IMG/VR virus record: IMGVR_UViG_3300039106_000341
Location: 1-34,198 of that record
Origin: a virus
Taxonomy: Duplodnaviria; Caudoviricetes
Length of the DNA: 34,198 nucleotides
Direction: 5' to 3' (one strand)
The position numbers were made by a program, and so were the translations under genes. Below, piece after piece: positions 9,122 through 18,281 of the stretch (its first letter is position 1; every line of letters starts with the position of its first letter). Below the pieces are notes generated by a model that was given only the letters and a program-made list of their open reading frames with translations, did not search any database and was not told the DNA's origin.

Positions 9122-10531
9122 ATGTCAACTAATCCTCCTGAACTCACTTTTCCAGCTCCATCCGAAACCGCATTGGTTGAGGTGCCTAAAATGCCAAAGG
9201 TCTTTATTGCCGTTGCTACCTCAGATTGGAAATTGGAGCTGCACACTTCTGAATCTATTCGCATCATTGCGTCCTCGTGCAAATGCGAGACGCAGGTGCG
9301 CTACATGATGAATGATGGTGTTGCTCGTGCTCGTAACAATCTCGCGTACTCATTCCTTCAGACTGATTGCACGCATTTGTTCTTCCTCGATTCAGACATT
9401 ATCATTGAGCCACGGCAGTTCCAACGGTTGCTGAATGCCAACAAAGACATCGTGTGCGGGTTGTATCCCAAGAAACAGCCATCGTTGGACTGGGTGGTGA
9501 ATTACATCCCCGGTGAAAAGGTAGATGAAAATGGCTACCTTAAAATCAAACACGCTGGTACGGGTGCGTTGCTCATCACGCGCAAAGCCCTTGAGGACAT
9601 GATTTCTAAGCACCCTGAAATGGTTTATCGTGGCGACCCTGACCAAACCAGCATCCGGTACGATTTCTTCCCCATGCGTGCCGTAGATGGCACCTACTTG
9701 TCCGAGGATTGGGCATTCTGTAACCGAGTGCTTGAGGATGGTGGCGAGATTTACGCAGACACCCGTTGCCAATTACGTCATGTGGGCAAGATCGTGTACC
9801 CTCTGCAATTTACCATTAGCGATGACGAGATGGTGGATATGATGGCACAGCGTTACGGTATGCCCCATGACCATATCCGTACTTTTATGGCTTCAGGCCC
9901 ACGCATCCCGGGGCTAATGGGTGGGCATCGTGAGCGTTTTGTCCGTTTGTGGCCGAAAGACTATCCAATCGACGATTTGCATGATGGTGACGTGCTCAAT
10001 GGCTCCTACGACGTGCCACTGTTCAATTACGGGCCAAATCAGCCACTTTCCATCATCGACATAGGTGCTGGGGTGGGTGCCTTCGCAAGATGGGCTGTAA
10101 AGCGATGGAAAGGGGCTTCCGTGCATTGCTACGATGGCGATACAACGGTGGTAAAGTACCTTGAAGACACGTTAAAGAGCATTGCGAAGGATAGCGAAGA
10201 CCAAAAACTCGTGGCTTATGAAAAAGAAGTCACACCCAACGACGTGCCAGAACTGCCAGACGCACAAATCCTCAAATTGGACTCTGGCGGGAATGAGCGT
10301 GACCTTATCGCATCCTTCCAAGCTCATAACAAACTTGAGAAATTGGATGCCATTTTGGTACGTTATCACGACGACATGGATGTGTTTTTCCTTAACACGC
10401 TGTTATCCGAAACCCACTACTTGCATTGCCACCAACGCTACTACGGTGACAAAAACAAACCCAGTCAGGGTATGATGAAATTCATTAACCGTCGTCTAGC
10501 CCCCAAGTTAGCCGCTGAAAAGCAGGATTGA
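9122..10531 (+). CDS. GT-A fold glycosyltransferase fused to an FkbM-like methyltransferase domain
   Basis: N-terminal VARARN, THLFFLDSD (DxD), GTGALLI, LSEDWAFC and LRHVG. C-terminal IIDIGAGVGAFA and ILKLD. ATG at 9122 follows the upstream stop. Confidence 0.8.
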   Translation: MSTNPPELTFPAPSETALVEVPKMPKVFIAVATSDWKLELHTSESIRIIASSCKCETQVRYMMNDGVARARNNLAYSFLQTDCTHLFFLDSDIIIEPRQFQRLLNANKDIVCGLYPKKQPSLDWVVNYIPGEKVDENGYLKIKHAGTGALLITRKALEDMISKHPEMVYRGDPDQTSIRYDFFPMRAVDGTYLSEDWAFCNRVLEDGGEIYADTRCQLRHVGKIVYPLQFTISDDEMVDMMAQRYGMPHDHIRTFMASGPRIPGLMGGHRERFVRLWPKDYPIDDLHDGDVLNGSYDVPLFNYGPNQPLSIIDIGAGVGAFARWAVKRWKGASVHCYDGDTTVVKYLEDTLKSIAKDSEDQKLVAYEKEVTPNDVPELPDAQILKLDSGGNERDLIASFQAHNKLEKLDAILVRYHDDMDVFFLNTLLSETHYLHCHQRYYGDKNKPSQGMMKFINRRLAPKLAAEKQD

Positions 10532-10547
10532 CCTGCTATTTTAGTTG

Positions 10548-10889
10548 ATGGAAGGTGCCTCTATGGACGGATTTGAAAAAGAAGTATCTGAAGCGTTCTT
10601 AGAGGTATCCACAACCGGGATGCCCATACCATTCCGTTTAACAAACGAGAACTACACGGGTGTCGTGCAATCCACGGCATCCATGATGCATTTGCGTGAG
10701 CCGGGCTATGAATCCGAAAAGGAAATTGTTGTTTACGCTCCTCGTATTCAATTTCCCAACGACCCTACAAAATATATTCGTGAAATCCTTCAGGTTGATG
10801 GTGGGCCACAGCAAGGATTGTGGGTTGTGCAGTCCGTGAACACCGATTTGGCGCACTACATCTTTACTTGTCGTCCAAGCGACCTCTGA
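10548..10889 (+). CDS. Putative head-closure / head-tail joining protein (gpFII-like)
   Basis: About 110-aa beta-rich protein at the start of the neck module. Called from position and size. Confidence 0.55.
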   Translation: MEGASMDGFEKEVSEAFLEVSTTGMPIPFRLTNENYTGVVQSTASMMHLREPGYESEKEIVVYAPRIQFPNDPTKYIREILQVDGGPQQGLWVVQSVNTDLAHYIFTCRPSDL

Positions 10890-11683
10890 TGCCTTTTGAC
10901 TCTGCCGAGTTAAACAAATTTGCTGCTGCTGGAAATGCGATTGCTACCAGCGTAGGCACTACTTTTGAAAACTGGGCAATGGGTGAAGCTGCAATCATCT
11001 GCAAGCAGTGGATGGCACACACTCCAATTGCTGACCCTGCTAAGGTTTTGTTGGGCAGTCGTAGCCGAGCCACGAGAAAAGCCCGTGTATCAACCCTGAC
11101 GGCATTTAACATGACTGCCAACACGGGGCGTAGAGGTGGCAAGATTGGTCGTATTTGGAGACGCACCGCTAACGGCAAATTCCAGATCGTAGGCGAGGTG
11201 GATGATGCGGGTGCATTTTCACCTGAAAACAAGCACTACAATGGAAGAACGTGGAGTGCGATAAACAGAAACGCATCAAACTACGGCAGCATTTTGCCCG
11301 GCATTATCAAAGCCAGCCAAGGTGCCATTGGTCTAGCTCGGCAATCCATCCTGCAAATTGCAGATTCACTTGGCATGGCAATGGATGCAGCAGGTGGTGG
11401 TGGTGCTAACTTTAACAACGAGGAATTAGCAAAGATTCGTAGTGCTAAAGCATCGGATGGTCGCTTTCACCTAAACGGCTATTCAATCAAATCCAAATCC
11501 AACAACAATTTTAGCGTTACGTTGATAAATCGGTATCCTCGCATTCAAGAGTCACGCATTGATGTGGCTTTGGAGGAAGTGGTAAATCAACGCATGGCAT
11601 ACCAAGAATCCAATTTAGGTTTGCTGATGGAACAAGATGCGAAGAAGCTCCAACAAGCCTACCCATACCTTTCAATTAAATGA
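10889..11683 (+). CDS. Putative neck/tail completion protein (position of HK97 gp10 / lambda gpZ)
   Basis: TGATG overlap gives ATG at 10889. Basic protein between the closure and terminator genes. Confidence 0.5.
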   Translation: MPFDSAELNKFAAAGNAIATSVGTTFENWAMGEAAIICKQWMAHTPIADPAKVLLGSRSRATRKARVSTLTAFNMTANTGRRGGKIGRIWRRTANGKFQIVGEVDDAGAFSPENKHYNGRTWSAINRNASNYGSILPGIIKASQGAIGLARQSILQIADSLGMAMDAAGGGGANFNNEELAKIRSAKASDGRFHLNGYSIKSKSNNNFSVTLINRYPRIQESRIDVALEEVVNQRMAYQESNLGLLMEQDAKKLQQAYPYLSIK

Positions 11684-12183
11684 GTGCTCCAACTGCCAGC
11701 CAATCGGAAAACATCGGTGACAACATTGCCGCTGGTTTTGTGACCGTTTTAACCCAAGACACCACTGGCACCACCTTGGCAGCGTTTGGGCCTAGAATGC
11801 CCCTAGAAATGCCCAAGAACCGCATTGAAGTTCGGTCTGGTGGCTTCATCCGAGCCAACGACCTGATGAACTTTACGGCTACGGGTACGGCATATTACAA
11901 TTACCGTCGTGGTACTTTGTCAGTTACCGTTATTACTCAACGCCATAGCCAAATTAACACGGGTGTTAGCTCACAACATGGTGCTATGGTAGGTCGAGTG
12001 CGCTGGTTATTGTCGCGTGGAGCACAGAAAATGACTGCTAATATCATCGGTGGCTACGGTATGTTGGACATCATTGACCAAGGCGATAACTACCGTGCCG
12101 ATGAACCCACAGAAACAGATCGCACAGAATTACGTTTTCAGATTGATTTAGTAATTCCACCTGCTAACTACTTGGACAGTTAA
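11680..12183 (+). CDS. Putative tail terminator protein
   Basis: Position just before the tail tube gene, size 167 aa, ATGA coupling. Confidence 0.5.
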   Translation: MSAPTASQSENIGDNIAAGFVTVLTQDTTGTTLAAFGPRMPLEMPKNRIEVRSGGFIRANDLMNFTATGTAYYNYRRGTLSVTVITQRHSQINTGVSSQHGAMVGRVRWLLSRGAQKMTANIIGGYGMLDIIDQGDNYRADEPTETDRTELRFQIDLVIPPANYLDS

Positions 12184-12201
12184 ACAACCCAATCTTCTTT
12201 T

Positions 12202-12582
12202 ATGGCACTTCCATATTCATCCACCACTGGCGTAGGCTACGGCTCCCGCATCCTTACGTTCACCACTGGCAATGCTAACGGCATTAGTTTTATCTGCAAC
12301 GAATACAGCCCTACCGAACCCACGGCATCCACCAGTCGCACGACTGAACTTGGTGCCCCCAACGGTTTCGTGATGTTCCAAGAGCGCAACACGCTTCGTG
12401 GTCAGCTTCAGTTTGCCACGAATGCTACCAGCGTTCCCAACAACTCGGATGAGTTTATCGTGACTCGTCGTACCGTGAACGGTGCTACCACGAACATCAC
12501 CTACGTTGTGTCTGAAATCGGTATGCCAGAACGTCCTCGTGACTTTTGGGTGTGCGACATTCAGGCGATGCAGAAAATCTAA
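12202..12582 (+). CDS. Putative major tail tube protein (minimal, 126 aa)
   Basis: Thr-rich beta protein with capsid-like codon bias, followed by a terminator as is typical for abundant structural genes. Confidence 0.6.
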   Translation: MALPYSSTTGVGYGSRILTFTTGNANGISFICNEYSPTEPTASTSRTTELGAPNGFVMFQERNTLRGQLQFATNATSVPNNSDEFIVTRRTVNGATTNITYVVSEIGMPERPRDFWVCDIQAMQKI

Positions 12583-12604
12583 CGCCTAACCACATACGGC
12601 ATTC

Positions 12605-12644
12605 AAAAGCCCGCACCGTCATGCACGGGCGGGCTTTTCCTTTT
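12605..12644 (+). terminator. Rho-independent terminator after the tail tube gene
   Basis: Stem AAAAGCCCGC / GCGGGCTTTT plus inner CCGT/ACGG, then TTTTCCTTTT. Confidence 0.85.
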
Positions 12645-12651
12645 ACAAACC

Positions 12652-13401
12652 ATGCAAGCAGATAATCCAGCACCCGCAATAACCCCTGAAGAAGAATTGA
12701 AACAAGTTATTCTTCGTGGGCCTGAAGCATTGTATGAATACTTGTGGAATACCAAGTATGCCCCATCTATCGGTGAGTCTTTGGCACAAGAAGCATCACG
12801 TCGTGCCGATGCTTTTGCTGACGATGTGACGTTTACAGTCTGTGGTGAGGAGATTCGGTTAATTACTCCGAAAGACCTTTTGTACCTCGATGGTACGGAC
12901 AATTCTTTTGTGGTATGGAAAACCGAACCCTGCATGAAGGATGTCGAGTTTTTACTGTGGCAACTGAACCGTAAAAACAACTCTGCCCAACCTATCAGGA
13001 ATGCTTACAGGTTTGGCAAATTCCGTAACCGTATTTTCCGGTACATCCTAAAACATGGCTTTGATGAATCCGTAAGTGAGATATTTACGTTTATGGATAG
13101 GGTGTTCATTGACCTGCCTTGCGGGGGTGAGCCTACGCCTGAAGAAAAGAAGCACATGGGTAAACCACCTACGGTACACGCTGTGGCACCCCTTCTGGTA
13201 GCCGTTGCTTCAAGTTTAGGGCCATTTGACCCCATGAGCGGTAAGTTGCTAGGGGAAACGCCTATTCCTCGTTTAATTCAATACCAACGGGCTGCTGACA
13301 GGCGTAACTCTGGCAAAGAGAACTACGGTAATTTTGACTCGATGCGTTCACAATGTGTTGAAGAAATGAACCGAATCATGGCAGAATCAAAAAAAGGATA
13401 A
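12652..13401 (+). CDS. Putative tail assembly chaperone
   Basis: Position between the tail tube and tape measure genes. Confidence 0.5.
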   Translation: MQADNPAPAITPEEELKQVILRGPEALYEYLWNTKYAPSIGESLAQEASRRADAFADDVTFTVCGEEIRLITPKDLLYLDGTDNSFVVWKTEPCMKDVEFLLWQLNRKNNSAQPIRNAYRFGKFRNRIFRYILKHGFDESVSEIFTFMDRVFIDLPCGGEPTPEEKKHMGKPPTVHAVAPLLVAVASSLGPFDPMSGKLLGETPIPRLIQYQRAADRRNSGKENYGNFDSMRSQCVEEMNRIMAESKKG

Positions 13402-13407
13402 AAACCC

Positions 13408-14883
13408 ATGTCATTCTCACAAGAAATCCAATTCAAGATTGCGGTTGATAGCTCACAAGCAGCGTCAGGCTTTCAGAAGATGACAGGCATGGCCCAGCAA
13501 GCGGGTCAGAAGATGGATGCTGCGATGTCGGGTAACATTGCTGCTGCTCGTAAACTGAATGATTTGAAGACCCAAACGCTGTTCAATGAGATGAACACGT
13601 CGGAGAAAATTAAGAGCGTTACCAACGACATTGTTAGTTTATCTAAGACCAAGAATGCCTTGGAAGAAGGCAGCACCAAGCACCTTCAAGTGCAGTATGC
13701 TATTCTGCAAAAACAGAATCAGCTCAAATCACTTTACAACAAGCAAACTCAAGAGGGGCAATCCTTAGGAGGTGGCATCGGTGGTGGCGCAGAAAGCGTC
13801 GCAAATGAAGGCACATTAGCCAGCATGGTTGCTGGTGGTATGTTTAAGCGGCTTATTTTTATGGCTGCTGGTGCAATCATGAGTTCTGTGATGCAAGCCG
13901 TACCTGCTTTCTTTGGACGCCAAGCAAAACGTGCTCAAGAAGAAGAACAATTATCTGAATCCGCATTATCTAACAGACAACAGCAGGATATTGTTGTTGG
14001 TGGAACAAGCGCAGAGGTTAAAGTAGCTCAACAAAGAAGAATAAAAGTAGCAGAGGATATTGCTACCGTTCAAAAAGAAATATCCGACATGGAATCTGAA
14101 TTTGGATTTGAAGGGAAAATGGCATTAAATTCAGATTACAAAGCCATTTATGAAGATAAATGGACTAAGCTAAATAAATTAAAATCAGCTCAAGATGAGT
14201 ATAACTATGCTTTTGAAAATTCCATTAGGAATGATGCTAAAACCAAGCTGATGCTTGATTCTGAAGAAGCAGCGGTACAATCACTTACTGAAGCTCAGGA
14301 TAGAAATGCTTTGAGCGCAGTTCAAGCAGCCCAAGTAAAATTACAAAAAGCTAAAGACCTTGAAGATGTGCTTAAAGGAAATGTAAGGTTGCTTTATTAC
14401 GATCAAAAAACAGGCGAGCAACTAATAGCAAAATCAGGAAAGACTGGAACACCTGAAGAAATCCGTGCTGCTGAAACAGCTAGAAAACAAGCACAAGCTG
14501 CTTTGCGCGTAGCAGAAATGACGATGACGCAACGCCAAGTTGACGTATCTCAAACTCTCACTGAACAAGCTGCTGGTGCAGCTCGCACCTTTGCCAATGG
14601 TCGCCCACGTCCGTTATCTGAAACTGAACGGTTGGCTAGACAAGCTATGCAAGCCCGATTGCAGGCCCGTAACGCTGTTTTGACGGGTGCCCCCGGTGAA
14701 GCAGCCATGCAACAAGAACGTGCGCTAGGATTGGAAACAAACGTAGCTGATCGCTTATCCTTTGGTAGTTCTGATATGCAGAAACGCTTTACTACCGATT
14801 CTTCTGCTATTGCTGCTGAAATTACGACTTCCAACCAGTTGCTTGAGGCAATTAAGAACAGTCTAACACCTACCGTAAACTAA
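13408..14883 (+). CDS. Tape measure protein (short, 491 aa)
   Basis: N-terminal EIQFKIAVDSS, Ala/Gln-rich helical composition, a hydrophobic patch (GGMFKRLIFMAAGAIMSSVM) and C-terminal SNQLLEAIKNSL. Confidence 0.75.
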   Translation: MSFSQEIQFKIAVDSSQAASGFQKMTGMAQQAGQKMDAAMSGNIAAARKLNDLKTQTLFNEMNTSEKIKSVTNDIVSLSKTKNALEEGSTKHLQVQYAILQKQNQLKSLYNKQTQEGQSLGGGIGGGAESVANEGTLASMVAGGMFKRLIFMAAGAIMSSVMQAVPAFFGRQAKRAQEEEQLSESALSNRQQQDIVVGGTSAEVKVAQQRRIKVAEDIATVQKEISDMESEFGFEGKMALNSDYKAIYEDKWTKLNKLKSAQDEYNYAFENSIRNDAKTKLMLDSEEAAVQSLTEAQDRNALSAVQAAQVKLQKAKDLEDVLKGNVRLLYYDQKTGEQLIAKSGKTGTPEEIRAAETARKQAQAALRVAEMTMTQRQVDVSQTLTEQAAGAARTFANGRPRPLSETERLARQAMQARLQARNAVLTGAPGEAAMQQERALGLETNVADRLSFGSSDMQKRFTTDSSAIAAEITTSNQLLEAIKNSLTPTVN

Positions 14884-14884
14884 C

Positions 14885-16162
14885 ATGGCTACCATCTTTG
14901 GCTTCAAAACAGCGGCAGACCAACCAGCGTTCTCGGTTGAGACGCCTACTCGTGCGTTTGAGCAAACCCGCCCATACCCGCAAAACAGTCAGATCATTGT
15001 GTACCGTACCCGCTTCATGCAGTTGCGGGCGTATTACAGTCGCCCTGACGCTAACACCCCACACCCCAATTTACCACAGGTTTACTTTGCAGATGACGTA
15101 GATTTCCAAGATCGTTTGGGTGGGCTGGTAGAGTGGACACGGGTTTACGTTACGTTGCCTACGTCATGGAATGATTTCTCATCGGATGTTTACAACTACC
15201 CCGGTTATCAAGGCACGCTGTTGGTGTTGGGCCGCAATCCATTCAGCTACATCGTTACCACCAAGGAAATCAAAGATTACTACATGGTGGGCAATACCGT
15301 AGCTTTTTCCAATTTGTTGACCAGTTACGACAACCTCAATGCTTCACCTTGGTCTTTGTCGGGTGCTACTTCGACTGGAAATTATGCCACAATTCCTGTC
15401 TGCGCTGGGGCTACTCAATCAGCAACCCGCATCACGGATACTACGGGCAACAGTCAGCATTACGTTAGCCAAAGTGCTAACACGGCAACGGGTTTGATTA
15501 CTGGCAGCGTGTTCGTCAAAGCAGGGGACAATAGCCGAGTTGACGTTGGCCTTTACAACGGGGGTCAAGGCACCTTTGCCAACGTGTCTGTTGACCTAGC
15601 TATCGGCCAACCACTGTCTGATCAATACATCTATGGCAACGGCTGGGGTATCGCCAGCGTGGGTGATGGTTGGTGGCGCATCAATGTGACAGGTGTGGCA
15701 GCATCCTCACCAAATCAATTACAGGTACGTTTGCTTGGCGTTACAGGCAATCCAACCTACGCAGGGACATCTACCAGCCTTTATGCTTGGCGTGCTCAAT
15801 TAGTGGCAGGAAACACCGCTCCTTATGCCACGGTGCCTCCCACCACGGCTGGTGATGGAACGACGAGCTATCCCATTACCCAAGTTGACCAAATTCCAGT
15901 TAAGTTTGGCACACGTTACCTTTACCAAACACCGTGGGGTTATGGAAGCACAACCACGTCAGGTCAATTTGTTGCTGAGTACCTTAGCGATGGTGGGTTT
16001 GGTATAGTGGCTACTTCACCTACTTTAGCTGCTTACAAAAGTAATGTTACAACAGATTCAGGTAATGTTAATTCTTATTCCATTGAATCACAAGATTCAG
16101 TTCTGAGTCTTTGGTATGGCAGCATTTGGGAACGGCAACGCAGGTTTGTTAAAGCCATTTAA
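14885..16162 (+). CDS. Tail tip / distal tail protein with an internal carbohydrate-binding-like (spike/fibre) domain
   Basis: Follows the tape measure gene. The internal NLL...W...SVFVKAG...VGDGWWRI...AQL.AG segment is a recurrent phage fibre/spike beta-sandwich motif set. Confidence 0.6.
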   Translation: MATIFGFKTAADQPAFSVETPTRAFEQTRPYPQNSQIIVYRTRFMQLRAYYSRPDANTPHPNLPQVYFADDVDFQDRLGGLVEWTRVYVTLPTSWNDFSSDVYNYPGYQGTLLVLGRNPFSYIVTTKEIKDYYMVGNTVAFSNLLTSYDNLNASPWSLSGATSTGNYATIPVCAGATQSATRITDTTGNSQHYVSQSANTATGLITGSVFVKAGDNSRVDVGLYNGGQGTFANVSVDLAIGQPLSDQYIYGNGWGIASVGDGWWRINVTGVAASSPNQLQVRLLGVTGNPTYAGTSTSLYAWRAQLVAGNTAPYATVPPTTAGDGTTSYPITQVDQIPVKFGTRYLYQTPWGYGSTTTSGQFVAEYLSDGGFGIVATSPTLAAYKSNVTTDSGNVNSYSIESQDSVLSLWYGSIWERQRRFVKAI

Positions 16163-16165
16163 TTT

Positions 16166-16651
16166 ATGCCCGATCTAAGTCATCTCAGAATAGGTAAAGT
16201 ACCGTCTGCCTTTGCTGAAATGGCAGAGAAACATAATGAATTGGTGCAGTTGATTGCCTCGATTGAAGCAGCTTCAGGCATCAATATCAAAATGGTTAGC
16301 AGCCCTGAAAAGAAACTCAAAGTGCCGGGCACCAGTACCACCATATCAAGAAAGCCAAGAGGCAGAATACGAATTGGGATTCAACCTGCTGCAAATGGTC
16401 AAAATTTAACTACGCAACTTAACGAACTGCATTTTAGGTATTATTTAGATCAAAGCGACCCTAATTCTACTCTTTTGAAATCAGTAGATATTGATAATAC
16501 AAACAGTGTGTCTTTTACCAATAATGTTTTAAGTAAAAAAATTGTTATGAATTTTAATAACATTACTCAAAACATGGGCATAAAAGAAATTGATGTGTGT
16601 TCCAGTGGAGTAGCCAAAAAAATGCTTATTTTAGCCAGTGACCCTTACTAA
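16166..16651 (+). CDS. Hypothetical tail-associated protein
   Basis: Coupled ORF in the tail tip region. Confidence 0.55.
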   Translation: MPDLSHLRIGKVPSAFAEMAEKHNELVQLIASIEAASGINIKMVSSPEKKLKVPGTSTTISRKPRGRIRIGIQPAANGQNLTTQLNELHFRYYLDQSDPNSTLLKSVDIDNTNSVSFTNNVLSKKIVMNFNNITQNMGIKEIDVCSSGVAKKMLILASDPY

Positions 16652-17964
16652 TGGCTATTTACATAAAAGCCCCAGCCAAAGGATGTCCAACGTGTGATAG
16701 TTGTGCTGCTGATGTGCCTTGTCCAGCACCAGCGATAACGAGTGAATTAGGGCCAATAGCTGAAACGATAAATGTTTATTTTGAATATCAAATAACTGCA
16801 TCTGGTAATCCAACCAGTTTTGCGGCTACGGGTTTGCCAACAGGATTAACAATAAACACATCAACTGGTCTTATCAGTGGTGCAATAACCTCGTGTGGAA
16901 CTGTAAATATAGGAATTACGGCAACTAATTCCTGTGGAACTAGCCCAAACAAAGGCGTTTCTTTTGTTGTTACTGGCCCATCGCCATCAATAACAAGTGC
17001 CAGCAAAGTCATTGTTTTTGTTGGTGATTATTTTTCTTATTACATAACGGCTACAAATTCGCCTACTTCTTTTGCTTGTATCAATTTGCCTTCTTGGGCG
17101 TCATTTAATAATACCACTGGTCAAATATATGGAACTGTTGGAAGTGATATTGATTACAATATAGAACTTTTTGCCACAAATTCTTGTGGAACTGGAACAG
17201 GTTCGGTTGTTCTTTATTCGGCAAATCAGCCACAATTACTTTGTGATTCAATTTCAGCGGTTGGCTACAAATATGGATTTGTTGAATGGCCCGGCCACGT
17301 TTCTTCTCCTCCTAAAATTTATCGTAAATTGGCTCCAACTGGAACAATGTATGAATACAGTTATTCTTCTACTAGCACGGATTGTTCAGGTGATGTTGAA
17401 TATACTGGCGAAAATGCTTTCGGCGGGTCGCAACAATACGATTATTACGGTTCATTGATAGTTGATGCAATAACTGTTAATGGAACTTATGTTGCGGGGT
17501 GGAGCGAAGCATTGGTGCCTTGTTATGCAGCCGAATGTGTTCCTGTTGTTACATCAACAACCGAAACATTTGTTGGAGATGAAATCTGTTATTCGGAATA
17601 CCCTAGCTTCAAATATGCTGGAACGGTTGTCGCTACATTGTCCGAGGAATACACAACTGATGATCTTTTTGCTGCAACCATAGCCATACTGCCTTCTTAT
17701 CCTAACACATGGGATGGAACTTGCATGGCTTTTAGAGATTTGGAATCTGACGAACTTACTTATTCCATCATGCGGTTTAAGTATAAATTTACCCTTCCTA
17801 ATCTTACAGGATTTACAACTTTTCAGATAACTTGGATGGAAGGAAGTACGCCAAGAACATATACTTGGAACCATGTTGATACTGAAACTCCTGTTTACAC
17901 CGTTCTTGAACCATCAACAAACGGTTCAATTGTAATTACTGATGTAGAACCATCTGGAACATGA
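16651..17964 (+). CDS. Cys-rich virion protein with two putative Ig (He_PIG-like) domains
   Basis: Two repeats of F.Y.ITA.N.PTSFA..LP..L..N..TG.I.G...ATNSCGT, and an N-terminal CPTCDSC. Confidence 0.75.
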   Translation: MAIYIKAPAKGCPTCDSCAADVPCPAPAITSELGPIAETINVYFEYQITASGNPTSFAATGLPTGLTINTSTGLISGAITSCGTVNIGITATNSCGTSPNKGVSFVVTGPSPSITSASKVIVFVGDYFSYYITATNSPTSFACINLPSWASFNNTTGQIYGTVGSDIDYNIELFATNSCGTGTGSVVLYSANQPQLLCDSISAVGYKYGFVEWPGHVSSPPKIYRKLAPTGTMYEYSYSSTSTDCSGDVEYTGENAFGGSQQYDYYGSLIVDAITVNGTYVAGWSEALVPCYAAECVPVVTSTTETFVGDEICYSEYPSFKYAGTVVATLSEEYTTDDLFAATIAILPSYPNTWDGTCMAFRDLESDELTYSIMRFKYKFTLPNLTGFTTFQITWMEGSTPRTYTWNHVDTETPVYTVLEPSTNGSIVITDVEPSGT

Positions 17965-18281
17965 ACATACCTAAAGGGCTTTATTTGATAAGACGTGATA
18001 TTTGTAAAAAATGTTTAACCCCATGTGTTCAACAGCATAACATGAATCATTATGGGGATAAATGCAGCATTTGTCCTTTGCCTAGTCCTAAGTGGCGACA
18101 ATACGGCAGGTGTATGTATGGGCTTGGTGATTTGGTATCCAGCGTAGCAGAACCCATTGCTCGTGCTAGTGATGCTATTTTTAAGACAAATCTGGTAGGC
18201 TGTGAACCTTGTGCTAAACGAAGGGAAGCCTTGAATAAATTCATTCCTGACCTTGGAATAACCCCATCTGAAAAACCATGA
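17961..18281 (+). CDS. Small Cys-rich protein (GLGD...C..C..RR..LN type)
   Basis: CKKC, CSIC and CEPC motifs, plus GLGDLVSSVAEPIA...GCEPCAKRREALNK. ATGA coupling on both sides. Confidence 0.65.
   Translation: MNIPKGLYLIRRDICKKCLTPCVQQHNMNHYGDKCSICPLPSPKWRQYGRCMYGLGDLVSSVAEPIARASDAIFKTNLVGCEPCAKRREALNKFIPDLGITPSEKP

Noticed and set aside
13385-13450. A7 slippery-like site (TCA AAA AAA GGA) at the end of the tail chaperone gene as a G/GT -1 frameshift
   Set aside because: The -1 frame stops after about 17 codons inside the tape measure gene, so no GT-like product results.
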